From positions 12,524,001 to 12,588,000 of the forward strand of contig OX597818.1 in NCBI GenBank assembly GCA_951406725.2: DNA of 64,000 nt. Reading direction: 5' to 3'. Below are positions 1 through 12,970 of this stretch, piece by piece. Source of the DNA: Octopus vulgaris (lineage: Eukaryota). The notes beneath the pieces are model-generated. The model worked only from the letters and a program-made list of their open reading frames with translations. It was not told the DNA's origin and did no database searches. The position numbers and the translations under genes are program-made. How positions within the stretch are numbered: position 1 is the stretch's first letter; every line of letters begins with the position of its first letter.

Positions 1-539
1 TCGGACGAAATACCTTTTGATACTTTTGCCGGTATCTTGCTTTCTGAGTTCAAATATCGCTGAGGTAATTTTTTTACTTACAGTTGTAGATTGTCAGAAT
101 GGATGTCTTGCGATTTTGTATCTGCTTCAGATCCCAGGGGTACCTAGTTGGTGGAATTAATCTGTTGCCCGGCTAAAAATGACCCAAAACGTCTTAAGTA
201 CATTTACCCGAACAGACTCTGTTGCGAGCATTCAGGCCAGTGTTCTGACTTCAGAATGTATACTTTTCTCCCTTTCACCACTCTCTAAGGCCCTGCAAGG
301 GGTAATTGGCGTAGGTTTTCCTTCTGAATAAATGATAAATCTGGATATCAAACCTGTAACTCCGTATGCAGGGAAACTTCACGTAGACATAAATAAAAAC
401 ATTTGTATTTGTATCATTTACTAAATCTTGAGTTCAAAAATCACTAACACAACTATCTTTTCAGTTCCAGTTTCCCTCTACCTACAAAACAGAAAAATAT
501 AAATAAAGTGACTTTTCGAGGTGGCATTTACTGTAGTTC

Positions 540-1030
540 TCTCCTAATCGAAAAGATTTATTTCAGTCACTACAATCACTTAATTTGCAGATACAATGCG
601 TGTAGGACTACATCTTTTAATGCTGTTTTCATTCCTTTAAATATGGTTTAGTATGTTTTTAGCAAGTTGTCTATTTGTTCGTGACCTACATACATCTTCC
701 CTTCAGGAAAAAAATCTGATGCATTCTGCAAAGTATTTCTACATCCATAATACATTTCATTGCTTTCATAATTTCTTTGAACCTCTTTTGCTTTGTATCC
801 CACTACATATAAAGGTACTATAACTGAGTGATAGCTATGCTAATAATGCCCTTAAATGCGTTATTGATGATTAGAAAGTATCCATTTAATAACCATTACA
901 TCGTAGATAAGCGATTTCATATCATATATTTTGACTTCGCAGTGTAAACTCTTTCAAGTACTTTTATAAATGAAATTTAGCCGACAACACAAAAACTCAG
1001 TTATACACAGTCTTAATACATTTACGCACT
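540..1030 (-). pseudogene. Decayed CUB-like exon candidate
   Basis: After an acceptor-like ...taacacag the minus strand reads VNVLRLC...(21 aa)...HCEVKIY, paralleling DVLKLC...(23 aa)...VCSVxIF at 39054. Several in-frame stops. Confidence 0.3.
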
Positions 1031-1527
1031 GTGTTACGGAAATATATCACTTATTCAATTAATACTTAACATTATATGTTCGTGTTACATACATACATTC
1101 TTACATACTTATAAGTATGTATGTATACATGTATTTATGCATAGATATATGTGAAGCCCCTGGATTCAATGTAACATGAAAAGGGAAAACTAGAAAGAAA
1201 AGTATCTGTTTTCCTCAAGCGCGCTAAAAAGTCGAAGGAAGTCTCAGAAATCAAACAAAAGAACAATCAAAATACAAGGTTATAAATTTTGTTGAGTGAT
1301 GGAAAGGAGAAAAGAAGGAATGTTCTTATACTTCAAACCCTTTGTCCTTCTTGAAAGACATGTAGCAAGTAATAAAAAGAAAATAGCTCAAAGTATAAAA
1401 AAAGAATAGAGGGGAAAATAGTTTGTGGTATAGAGCACAGATGTAGTTAGTTTGGTGGCATGCAGTAAGGTAAATTGTGTGCATACCAGAACGTCTAAAG
1501 TATATGAAAAGAAAGCTATATTATAGA

Positions 1528-1924
1528 CTAGCAGTATCGCCCGGTGTTGCTCGGGTTTGTAAGGGAAATAACAATATAAGCATTTTTAGAGATGTAAAGT
1601 ATAATAGCCATCTCAATATGGCTAACCACAAAGGGGGGGGGGTGTTACTGTAGCTTTTTAGGTTCTGAGATTTAATAATACATTTTTAGAGAGTTACTTC
1701 CCTTATATAATAGCAAAAAAATACATTAAAAATGGGAAAAAATGATGGTAATTTTTTTTAAAACCGTAGACTCATCGTAGACGCACGCTAATACCCAGAA
1801 GGGCTCGATATGAATCACGACTATAAGATACCCGCTTTTGGTTAAACTGCACCGCAAAATGTGGGAGTTGTTAGGAATCTAAATCGTAGGAACAGACACA
1901 CAACTTCACTTTTATATATAAAGA
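1528..1924 (-). mobile_element. Non-autonomous Helitron-like element
   Basis: On the minus strand: 5' TC start (tctttatatataaaagtgaagttgtgtgtctg), 3' GC-rich hairpin (cccgagcaacaccggg) followed by CTAG, inserted between A and T, no TSD. Confidence 0.8.
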
Positions 1925-1964
1925 TTAAACAGCGGTACAAATATTAGGTAAAGACTGAGTAAAT

Positions 1965-2380
1965 CTATTTCTTTCTTGCCCCCAAGGAACTAAATGCAGA
2001 GGGGACAAACAAGGACAGATAAAGGGATTAAGTCAATTACATCGACCCCAGTGCGTAAATGGTACTTATTTAATCGACCCCAAAAGGATGAAAGGCAAAG
2101 TCGACCTCGATGGAATTTGAACTCAGAATATAGCGGCAGACGAAATACCTATTTCTTTACTACCCACAAGGGGCTAAACACAGATGGGAGAAATAAGGAC
2201 AGACAAACGGGTTAAGTCGATTATGTCGACCCCAGTGCGTAACTGGTACTTATTTAATCGACCCCGAAAGAATGAAAGGCAAAGTAGACCTCGGCGAAAT
2301 TTGAACTCAGAACGTAGCGGCAGACGAAATACCACTAAGAGTTTCGCCCGGCGTGCTAACATTTCTGCCAGCTCGCCGCC
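1965..2380 (-). mobile_element. tRNA-derived SINE, tandem dimer (family A)
   Basis: Head ggcggcgagctggcagaa, B-box gagttcaaat and body gccgaggtc..tttgcctttcat..ggggtcgat, present twice. Imperfect TSD tgagta(a/t)at at 1956-1964 and 2381-2389. Confidence 0.85.
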
Positions 2381-2577
2381 TGAGTATATTGTAAATGAGA
2401 GCGGTTATGTGATGTTATGTGTTAATATAAGTGTATGAATATCAGGCAGTACGCTATAAGTGTATTTTTCGTGTGTATGTTAAAGTTATGAGCGGTATTT
2501 TAAAAGAAATATATCCATCCATCTATCTATCTGGCTAGAATTTGCCCTGTCTATAAATATACCCTATGTTACACAAC

Positions 2578-2578
2578 A

Positions 2579-2656
<78 letters not shown>

Positions 2657-2684
2657 ATTAATAGATAGACAAATAGGTAGATAA

Positions 2685-2745
<61 letters not shown>

Positions 2746-2760
2746 GAGATATATAGACAG
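2578..2760. repeat. (TCTA)n followed by (TAGA)n, a self-complementary microsatellite pair
   Basis: Direct reading: (tcta)~18, tattaata, then (taga)n. Confidence 0.9.
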
Positions 2761-2944
2761 ACAGCATAGCGCTGCCACCCCGATTTTTGTTTACAGTGAG
2801 TCGCCGATGTCTGCTACCAGTTATTGTAGGATGACTAGAATATCATACGGAAGACAATCTATCTAATCAGCTTCAGCGAACCTTGTTGGTATATTTACGC
2901 CTATTGTCTACAGTGAGAAACTTTTATCATGACAAAGGCACACA

Positions 2945-3019
<75 letters not shown>

Positions 3020-3034
3020 GATTACCTCACATAT

Positions 3035-3101
3035 GTGGTCCACGCTACTAAAAGTTTCCCGCATATGGAACCCGTGTACGTTCTTCAGTCGGCAGCCATA
3101 C
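3035..3101 (-). ncRNA. Minimal type I hammerhead ribozyme motif (inverted pLTR copy)
   Basis: Minus strand: gtatggctgccga CTGAAGA acgtacacgggttccatatgcgg GAAAC tttta GTA gcgtggacc. Confidence 0.7.
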
Positions 3102-4480
3102 CATCGAACTTAAGCAGTTTAAATACTGGACCGAATTTAAAAACGGATTATGCGGAAGATAACATTAGGTTGACTATGCAGAATGTAAATCTCGAAATGC
3201 GACGATCGAATGCTGTAAAATCGGATGGAAAAAATTTTGGGGGAAAAATAATTTTATGAAAAAAAATTATAAGTAATGTAAAGAATTATAGGGCACTTTT
3301 AAAAAAGGGTTATGTACAAATAATATACAAAACGTATAATATCAGGAGAATATGTTCTTTAAAAAAAATCATTGGCATGAAATTCCTCGTGCTTTTAAAT
3401 AAGCAGTTGCCAGATGACCAAATTCAGGAAATTGCTCGATAGGAATTCGTTGAAGCTTTCAAATAGTTACTGTCCTAATATGAAAAGCATTATCACACGA
3501 AGTAAATGCCAGAAGAGTGAAGCTGGCTGTAATTGTCGTAAATTGAGTCTTGCCCGCTTGATAAACAATGTATGACAGAATCAGTTATATACGGCGCTGA
3601 TGTGATTGCAACCTCTAATAACAATAACGTAATCGATAAAACATATATAGAGTTATGCGAAGGAACGTTCAAAAAACGTTATGCAAATCATTTATCAACA
3701 TTCCATTACAGCGAGAAATACAATGCTACGCAACTGGTCAGCTATGTTTGGGAACTGAAACGGAAGAAAATACCATACATAATTAAATGGAAGATTATAG
3801 AAAAATCTACACCATATATAAATGATTCTAATAAATGCAGGCTGTGTTTGGCAGATAGGGCACATATCCTATTTAGATCTAGGATACCAAACTCGATCTT
3901 GAAGTCACCATCCTAGATTTGTAGTAGTAGCAAATATGAAAAAAATTATTTTAAAAAATTGGAAGATATCACCCCTTCCCGACGAATTGGTCAACAATTG
4001 ATTTTGTTTATATATATTTCACGGCAGCATATCTTCTCATATTCATATTTTTATTACTTTTATTTTATTATATCTCAAATATTTTATATTTCGAAATATA
4101 TTTTAATATTATTATATGTATATATTTTTTCATATTATCTCCTTATTTATATGTCCTTTATATTTGTACATGCACCTCTGTTTAAAAAAAAACATTCTCC
4201 TTATATTATAAGATTTGTATTTTATTTATAACTACCCCATTTTTTAAAAACTTCTCAATCATTCCTTACGATTCTAATAAAATATTTTTCATAAAAATAT
4301 TTTTCCAAAAATCTTTTTCCCCCCAATTTTTTTCCATCCGATTTACAGCATTCGATCGTCGCATCGTGAGATTCACATTCTGCGTAGTCAGCCTAATGGT
4401 ATCTTCCACATAATCCATTCCAATATTGGGTTTCTTTCGCACTATTTTAAAATTCGGTCCAGTATTGCTTAAGTCCAATG

Positions 4481-4549
4481 GTATGGCTGCCGCCCGAAGA
4501 ACGTGCATGGGTACTATGTGCGTGAAACTCTTAGTAGCGTGGGCCATAC
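4481..4549 (+). ncRNA. Minimal type I hammerhead ribozyme motif (3' pLTR)
   Basis: gtatggc..cgc CCGAAGA acgtgcat..atgtgcgt GAAAC tctta GTA gcg..gccatac. Stems I and II pair; the core has a T>C change. Confidence 0.75.
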
Positions 4550-4669
4550 ATGTGAAGTGGTCATAAAAAAACGATATTTACGCTCGTTAGATGGAGTACT
4601 CTTTTTTTTTAACCTGGACATACAGACTATATATATCTATGTATGTATGTATGTTTGTATGTATGTACG

Positions 4670-4794
<125 letters not shown>

Positions 4795-4795
4795 A

Positions 4796-5246
4796 ATATG
4801 GAGGTGGCAATAACATAGAAGTAAGTCTAAGACATTTCAGTTTAAGCGTAAATTTAATAAAAATGATTTATTACCGGTTTCAATGTATCTTATCTTATCA
4901 AATATCAGTAAAAATTTATAAAAAGTTGAAGTGAAAACAGTCTTCAGTGTCGGGGTCAATGAATATGTCTGGAGATTTTTCGTTGGAGTCTTCTTTAAAT
5001 ATAGTTTGGTATAGAGTTAGAGTTTGGTATAGTGTTAGAGAGTGAGAGAAATGGCGGCTATTGCCTAAAAGAAGATAAACATTTTATTTCAAATTTTTAT
5101 AAATTTTTACTGATATATTCTTAAGATGAGATACATTGAAACGGGTAGTATTTTCTTTATATAATTTTTAAAATCATTTTTATTAAATTTTCTCTTAAAT
5201 TGAAATGTCTGAGTCTTACTTCTGTGCTATTTCCACATCCATGTTT
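4796..5246. mobile_element. Inverted-repeat mini-element with degenerate HHR (PLE pLTR-derived)
   Basis: Arms ~4796-4945 and ~5075-5246. Minus strand has CTGAAGA (4941-4947) ... GAAACCGGTA (4872-4881); the + arm has GAAACGGGTA. Confidence 0.6.
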
Positions 5247-5291
5247 TATGTATAAAAATTTCATTTGTATAGATCTCTAATCTTTTTTCAA

Positions 5292-5325
<34 letters not shown>

Positions 5326-5472
5326 TAAGTAGTTGAATGAATTATCCTAGTATGGATAATTCGGTTAACCGATACCCGAGTAGCAAATTTACGTCAGAAA
5401 GCACGGTTGAAGCTACATGCCAAGGGCAGAAATCACGTGCTTTCGTGTGGAAATTTGTGTGTTTTTTTACTA

Positions 5473-5699
5473 TAGATAAATGAAAGAATGGAGTCGAACA
5501 ACGATTTAACAAAATTCTTTTATTCTCGACATATGTTTCTAAGACTGCATATTCTTAATTATGCCGTCTTTCCTGATGAGAAGACGGCATAATGCACCCT
5601 TTATTCCTTCGGAATTAAGAATATGCAGTCTTCGAAACATATGTCAAGAATAAAGAAATTTTGTTAAATCGTCGTTCGACTCCATTCTTTCATTTATCT
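5473..5699 (+). mobile_element. Palindromic mini-element containing a hammerhead ribozyme
   Basis: Arm 5473-5560 is the near-perfect reverse complement of 5612-5699; an HHR core lies inside. Confidence 0.75.
5567..5650 (+). ncRNA. Hammerhead ribozyme with intact catalytic core
   Basis: CTGATGA (5573-5579), gaagacggcata..tatgcagtcttc stem II, GAAAC (5634-5638), atat, GTC (5643-5645). Stem III region is the palindrome acatatgt; stem I is weak. Confidence 0.75.
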
Positions 5700-5836
5700 C
5701 TCTCTCTCTCTCTAAGCCAACTTTCATGACTATCACCAAGTTAAATGACCTTACCAAGAGTAAACATTCTAAATAATAATGAGAAGACAAAGAAAATTCT
5801 TTAACACATATTTAATGATTCGTTATAATTGTGTCT

Positions 5837-6271
5837 GTACCAATTCTACTTGCAACGCCATTTTGCGCAAAGTTTGAAAGTAAAAATTTGCATAATGTTT
5901 GCAGTTTTAGACATTACAGAGGAAACTTCACCAGACTTGCATCAAAGACGTGGTGTTACACTGTACATCTTCCAAACCATGTTTGTTTGGCTTATATTAG
6001 TGGGTAAGAAAAAATAAATATGATTCCCCGGCCTACATAATCTCTATCCTACTTACACATCCCATAAACACTTTTTTAATTTTTACCCCCGCCCCCACCT
6101 TTTAAACCCAAACAAAAAACAAAAAAACAAAGTCTGGAAGACGCACAAGGTGACAGCACACCTTTGATGCAAGTATGGTGAAGTGCTACTCTAATGTCTA
6201 AAACCGCAAACATTACGTAAATTTTTACTTTGAAACCTTGCGTAAAGTGGCGTTGCATGTACGGTTAGTAC
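5837..6271. mobile_element. MITE-like element with ~150-bp terminal inverted repeats
   Basis: tgtacca..gcaacgccatttt..tttgaaagtaaaaattt (5837-5990) matches the reverse complement at 6125-6271, ending gtaca. No HHR motif seen. Confidence 0.65.
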
Positions 6272-6345
6272 AAAAACAATCGTGACGAATCATCGAAGAT
6301 GTGTTAAAGAATTTTTCTCTGTCCTCTTCTCCTCTTCGTATCTGA

Positions 6346-6393
<48 letters not shown>

Positions 6394-6884
6394 GCGCGCA
6401 CGCATATATATATATATATATATATACACATACTACAATTTGAACAGCTTGATGTGTGCTCGTGCAATTAAGTGTTTGCATGTTGCTATATGTCAGTATA
6501 TGATCAGATAATGAGATGATCTACCAGTAATCATATAACCCTTTACTACTTATTTCGTTGTTGGATCTTCGGTGAATGAACTGATAACACCAATCCACGG
6601 TTTTACTCAGGTGTATGGTGAGTGGATGGATACCCTTATATGATGGCAGGAAAAAAAGTTAACAGCAAAGGAAATCAACAGCTATTTATCAAACTCATAA
6701 AGGGAGCAATGTCTCCTTAAAACTTGGAACTAACATTAATGTTTTTCAGCTGTACCTGTTCCCCTCTATGATCTCGGAAAACTCTGGCGAGAGAAGCTTG
6801 TTTTAAGTAACTCAAAGTGGCTTAAATTAATTCTAGATAGAATTATGAGCGAGTGTTGTCATGTCGGAAACGACAGACGCGTTA

Positions 6885-6930
<46 letters not shown>

Positions 6931-7059
6931 GAAGGTTTGAAAATGCAATTTCAAAGATGTTTATATACTTGACCGGTTTCACTTTTTTTCGAAAAAAGAT
7001 TGTAAAAATGTAAAAATGTAAAAATGTAAAGCTTTGTTGTGTTAAGTACTGGTTGTCAC

Positions 7060-7072
7060 AATATATATATAC

Positions 7073-7130
<58 letters not shown>

Positions 7131-7231
7131 GTATATATGTATATATATGTATATATATATGTATATGTATATATATGTATATATATATATATGTATATAT
7201 ATGTATATGTATATATGTATATACATATATG

Positions 7232-7299
<68 letters not shown>

Positions 7300-7540
7300 C
7301 ATGTGTGTGTGTGTGTATATATGTATGTATGTATCTATCTATCTATCAATCAATCTATCTATCTAACTACCTATTTATATTTACTATGTATGTGTGTGTG
7401 TTTTTCGTGTGTGTAGTAATGTATCTTTGTGGAAAGTATGTACGTATAGTATGTACATATATTAACATAAACATTCATATACAGACACACGCACGCGCAC
7501 ACACACACATACGCACACATAATACACACACGGGCAAATT
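7060..7540. repeat. Compound (TA)n/(TG)n/(TCTA)n microsatellite
   Basis: Direct reading; one of many such tracts in the window. Confidence 0.95.
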
Positions 7541-8112
7541 CATACAATAACGATGGAACTATCACTTTCGAATGTTATGTAATCATCTCCTTTCACTGTT
7601 GAATAATATACAAACTAAACATTTTTATTTTCCTACTCAACCTACTTTCACTTTACTATCTCAACTTCCCCTAAACTCAAATCTATCTTTAATTAATCAT
7701 GAAAGTTTGTATCTTTCCTATTCCTTTACTCGATTATAAACTATATTACTTTCCTTGAAGATTTATTTGATGATCTATCGCGTTTTCTTTTACACTATTT
7801 CATTCTTTTTTATTATATTTACAAATATGTCTTTTTTCTTTATTGATTCAGTCATTTATTTTGTATTTAGTCTTTGCATTATTTTCTCTTTTTTCATTAA
7901 TTCATTGTGTCTTTATTTTCATCTTTCCATTTTCAATATGGCCTTTATTGAAGTATTTTTTTGCCTTAGATTAATGTTTCGATCATGTCTTCTCTTCCTT
8001 TAAAAATTTCTACATTCGTATGCTCATATTTTATTTAATCTTTGAATCTTCAGCCATTCTTTCCTTTCATCCTGTTTGTTTCCGTGTCTTCTTTATCTCA
8101 CAATTATTTTCA

Positions 8113-8580
8113 GAGATATTATCACTTTCGTTCTCACCATTACTTTAAAACCTTCCATTACTTAGCAGGTTTATTCTCCTTCTATTCCACTGTTTTACAA
8201 ACGGTTTCGCATCATGCTTAATATAGTGGGCTTTCAATAATCGAATTTATCTCAGAAACTGTTACTTGCCAACGTTAACCCCTTTTAAGGTTAATCTTTA
8301 AAGTTGTTTTCCTTCATTTTGCAACCTACATTATTCAGATACTTCTCAAAACAGAGTCATTTAGCTGGAACATGTCTTTTCGAATGGCTATCCATTGTAA
8401 AAATAACTATAAGACATCGCATACCTGTGCGGAGAGAATCGTCCGAGAGGAGCAATGAATAAAGCTTTAAACATCATACAAGGGTATCTAGTATTTTCTT
8501 TAAAGCTGTCATAAAAATCCAGTCGACATCAAATCACAAGAAGAAATTAAGTACGCTTAGCTGCGTAATGCAAAGAGAAC
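8113..8580 (+). pseudogene. Decayed CUB domain, two exon-like halves
   Basis: TITLKPSIT*QVYSPSIPLFY/NGFASC, then GTCLFEWLSIV/DIAYLCGENRP. Matches the CUB pattern (I.SP.YP..Y...C; C.YDWL.I; LCG). Contains frameshifts and stops. Confidence 0.5.
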
Positions 8581-9049
8581 TCAATGCATACTACAGAGTA
8601 ATTCTAGGTGAATGATATACAAACGCATAAATTATATATTTTGTGAACTGCTTTGTGCATAAAAATCTATTGAACATTTACATATTTATCTATGAACAAA
8701 ACACAGCGCTAATATAAAACTGTTGATCGAAGATATTTAGGTATTAGTCGAGAGGCTAGAAACTTGACCGATATTACTCTTTGTGTTTTCGAAACCAGTA
8801 GAAAACTAAATATAATAAGCTATTGAAATACTTTTTAGATATACAGTGCACTGGCTTATTACATAATTATTTATACCTACACATAATTACTCTTTACCTC
8901 TGAATACAAATAGAAATGAATTTCTTTGGTCATTTATGCAGTGCAGTACTGGTTCTGAAAATTAGGATTCACAATGGTCTAATAATCTGTATTCTGCTCT
9001 AATATGTGTATTCAATATCAACGTTATGCTTTAGCCCAAGATAGCCATT

Positions 9050-9430
9050 GAATTCTATTCCATCCAGTCTAGAAACGCGTAGAAGGTTTGGAGGCCTTCA
9101 CACACCTGTATAAATCAATTTAGAACGGTCTTACTTCTGTCGAGAGTAGGCATTAGAAACTATGTTCTATGTTCAGAAATCATACTGAAATTAGACGACG
9201 AAATAAGGAATTCCTCGATGAAAAAACGAAATAGATTTACAAGGATGGCTAATGTTTGTAGAATAATAAGCAAATATTGTAGAGTGGATGTTCAAATGTG
9301 ATGAGGACTTACTTGTGTGTGGAGAGGTAATCTCAAGTTCATGGGAGCCGTTAATATTAAGTAGATGGGGAAACTGATAGAACGTCGATTAAAGTAAATT
9401 TGATATTTCTTCAGTTAATCTCTCATTAAA
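9050..9430 (+). pseudogene. Decayed CUB-like exon candidate
   Basis: ...MFKCDEDLLVCGEVISSSWEPLIL...SKFDIS, with stops. Confidence 0.3.
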
Positions 9431-10024
9431 GTGCAATTCATGCCTTCGAGAACGAAGTACGCGTCGATAAACTAGGTAGATGATGTGATGTAACAGACAC
9501 TACACACTAGACATAGGTGCCTCAGTAGGGTGAAAATAAAAAAAAAATGTGAGACTAAATTATATCTTTTGGTAGTTTGAGCCATAAGACTTCGAAGAGT
9601 TTAGTCGAACAACTTAAAACCAGTCCTTATTTTTTAGAGACTATATCATTCTGTAGTATAAAGAAGAACTTGCAGCTACGGATATATAGTATAATATTAA
9701 AAACTATTGAGAAAGTATAAATAAAATCATATAGCTATAACCTTTATAATTTTTGTCTTTCTTTCTCTCTCACAATTTAATATCAAAGACATTGATGTTA
9801 AATATGCCTCAAAACAGATATTGTAAAAACACAGTATGAAAAACACAGTACGGGGAATTTAATTTATTTACTACGCAATAGAAGGAAGCACATTACAAAT
9901 ATCATCCGAAAGAACAGGCAGTCGTCTTTGATAAAAAATTAATTAGAATTTCCTACAAAAATTTGAGTCCGTATTTATAAGTTTTATATATTGGTTGTTT
10001 ATGAATACAACATATACATAGTTT

Positions 10025-10910
10025 TCGGGATGCAGGTAAACACATTAAAGACCAATACAATGATCCAACCTGCACCAGGCAAGAGCTGTCCACCCACAAA
10101 CATTAGCATCAACGGCCATACTTTGGAATATCCTTTCGAAGACACCCCCACATGTGTAAAGGACGAGGAGAATCAGAATGGGGCGGATCACTTTGCCTTC
10201 GGCAGACTCAACCGTCGTGTATTCTTCAATCACGCGCTGACCATCTGGACAAAGATTATGGTCTTCAATGCTATTGTCCTGTCAACTCTACGCTTGTGAG
10301 ACTTGGACGTTGTACCGCCGTGACTTCAAGTGCCTTGAAGGCTTCCAGCAGTCGAAGCTAAGACAGATCCTCAACATACAATGGAAAGATTATCAACAAC
10401 GTTACCAACAACGAGGTTCTTCGCTGCGCCTCACTACCAAGTGTCGAAGCCACCATTCTCCGCCATCGTCTCCGCTGGACAAGTCACGTCTAGCGTATGA
10501 AGTTCTCTTGTCTCCCATAGATCATGCACTACGGAGAACTTGCAATCGGAACAAGACCCAGAGGGGGTGCGAAATTCTGATTTAAAGACAATCTTAAGCG
10601 GACCTTGGCTCAAGCTAACATCCAGCCATCCTCATGTGAACAGATTGCCATGGGTAGGATAGCCTGGAGGACTGCTATCCGAAGTGGAACCAGCTCCTTC
10701 GAGCAGAATAGAAAATAGAATGATGCAAAACGCAGAAGAAAGGAGCGTCTTCAGCATCCTCGACCTACGCTGACCATTCTGTGCGAGTTCTGCCCACGAC
10801 TCTTTCATCACCGACCTGGACTCCAAAGTCACTTTCGGTACAAACATCTGCCGAGGAGAATGGATGGAAACTGAAGAACCCAATGCTCGTATACGAGCTA
10901 GAGCTGACGA
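10025..10910 (+). mobile_element. RTE-clade LINE, 5'-truncated 3' end
   Basis: GMQVNTLKT..AFGRL..TKIMVFNAIVLSTL/LYACETWT..FQQSKLRQILNIQWKD..LRW..YGEL..FKDNLK, then a Cys/His-rich end. Frameshifted; followed by (TACA)n/(TCTA)n. Confidence 0.88.
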
Positions 10911-10928
10911 TACATACATACATACGCA

Positions 10929-11007
<79 letters not shown>

Positions 11008-11075
11008 ATATCTATCTATCTATCTGTATGTCTGTCTGTCTGTCTGCCTTTTTGCCTGCCTGTCTATCTGCCTTT

Positions 11076-11135
<60 letters not shown>

Positions 11136-11904
11136 ATATATATATATCTTCAAATATGAAATAGAAACAGTGTTAGTGTTATAAGTACTATTAACCACAC
11201 ACACTTAAACTATATGCCTGGTATATTTGACTGTAGGTAGCGAATATGGTGAGGTGGAGAATAATTTCTCAAAACGTCAGGTGTTAAGACACCTGAAAGC
11301 CATGGACAGGCGACATAACTCACTTCTAATCGCACCCAGGTGTGATGGCCATCGATGTTTCCTCATTTTCCTGGCTTATCAATACCACATTTTCGTACAG
11401 GATCAGACATGAATCATATCGCCATTCCAAGATATATATGCATATAGCGTGCAAACTAAGTGCGGGTATGCTTTGAGAGAGTATTCTTCACTACGCCAAA
11501 TTGCAGCTTACTGGTAAATACTTATGCCTACATGTTACATGATGTTACACGCGTCTGTACGGGATTTTTACATTAATAAGTATGCAAATCAAAGGAAGTC
11601 ACTGATAAAGAAATGTTAACTGTTATCTCTCCTGCATTATCGCTGGAATTTTGCAAGAAAATCCTCTCACCATGATTTAGTTAATTTATTCTTTAATCGA
11701 CTTATGTGAGAACGATCATCCACGTTCAAATTTACAAATTTATACGTACTCATATATGTACACATACATCCATACTAAATATACATGCACATGGAGACCA
11801 CACTACCACACAAAAAATACACACGTATGCATATATATGTATGCATGCATGTATGTATGCATGTATCCATGCATGCATGTTTATATGTATGTATGTATGT
11901 ATGC

Positions 11905-11952
<48 letters not shown>

Positions 11953-12016
11953 TGTATAAAATATTGTGGGTAAAGTCAAAACAATGCGAAGTAAATCACA
12001 AGAAAACCAATATGTA

Positions 12017-12127
12017 AATTATGTAGACTTATCTTGTATTCAATATTTCGGAGTTATTATTCGTCATTTTCTTGAAAATGGGGTTATAACCGTGGAAATA
12101 TTGAATACAAGGTAAGTCTACATAATT
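12017..12127. repeat. Short perfect hairpin (possible pLTR-derived palindrome)
   Basis: aattatgtagacttatcttgtattcaatatttc ... gaaatattgaatacaaggtaagtctacataatt. Confidence 0.7.
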
Positions 12128-12216
12128 ATATATATATATAAAATTAATGCAAACACCAGGTTGCAATGTTTCGCCCAAAAGGAAAACCATATTTGTCACT
12201 AAATGTGACGAGTGTG

Positions 12217-12300
<84 letters not shown>

Positions 12301-12331
12301 AAACACATACACACACAAACACCCCCACCCC

Positions 12332-12368
<37 letters not shown>

Positions 12369-12423
12369 TACACATATATATATATAATTTTATACATACA
12401 TACATATATACATACATACACAG

Positions 12424-12472
<49 letters not shown>

Positions 12473-12759
12473 ATATATATACATATATACAAAAATACAC
12501 GTTTTTGTCTACGAACACACAATTATGGGATTTCCTTCATTCGTGAAGCTAAACTTGGCCCATGGAGTTGTAAGTTCAGAAATTCATATATATATATACC
12601 TTTCTTTTTGTGAACCATATGTCATGGATATGTACTATGCACATATATCTTTGTAGTAAACTATCCAGCATATGTTTATATATGATTATATGCTTTTAAT
12701 GCATATTGTACATATTTACATTTACTGTGTACTCAGAGCCAAATTCTCTGTTACATTAT

Positions 12760-12970
12760 TTCTTTCTAATCTTAAATTTTGATACAAGGCCAGCAATTTC
12801 GGGAGAGAGGTTAGTCGATTACATCGACTTATATTACCGACTCTCGAAATGATGAAAGATGGAAAGCAGAGTCGGAATTTGAACTCAAAACATGAAGACG
12901 AAGTTCAAAATTCCACTGAGGTCGACGTTGCTTTTCATCAATTCGGGGTCGATAAAATAAATACAAGTTC
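12760..12970. mobile_element. Two degenerate family-A SINE fragments, head-to-head
   Basis: Minus fragment ..ggaatttgaactc (to ~12900); plus fragment gttcaaaattccactgaggtcgac..ggggtcgataaaat. Confidence 0.65.

Larger units (their letters stand above)
3018..4565 (+). mobile_element. 5'-truncated Penelope-like element: GIY-YIG remnant flanked by inverted pseudo-LTRs
   Basis: ORF 3572-3916 reads ESVIY..KTYIELCEGTFKKRYANH..KCRLCL, preceded by CNCRK, typical of a PLE GIY-YIG endonuclease. Arms ~3018-3265 and ~4285-4565 are reverse complements. Confidence 0.85.

Noticed and set aside
455-500. Strong minus-strand acceptor (tttttctgttttgtag) followed by VEGNWN*
   Set aside because: Could be a terminal exon of the decayed gene at 540-1030, but it is too short to support.
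1994-2438. Repeated peptide KSITSTPVRKWYLFNRP in several ORFs
   Set aside because: Antisense translation of the family-A SINE.
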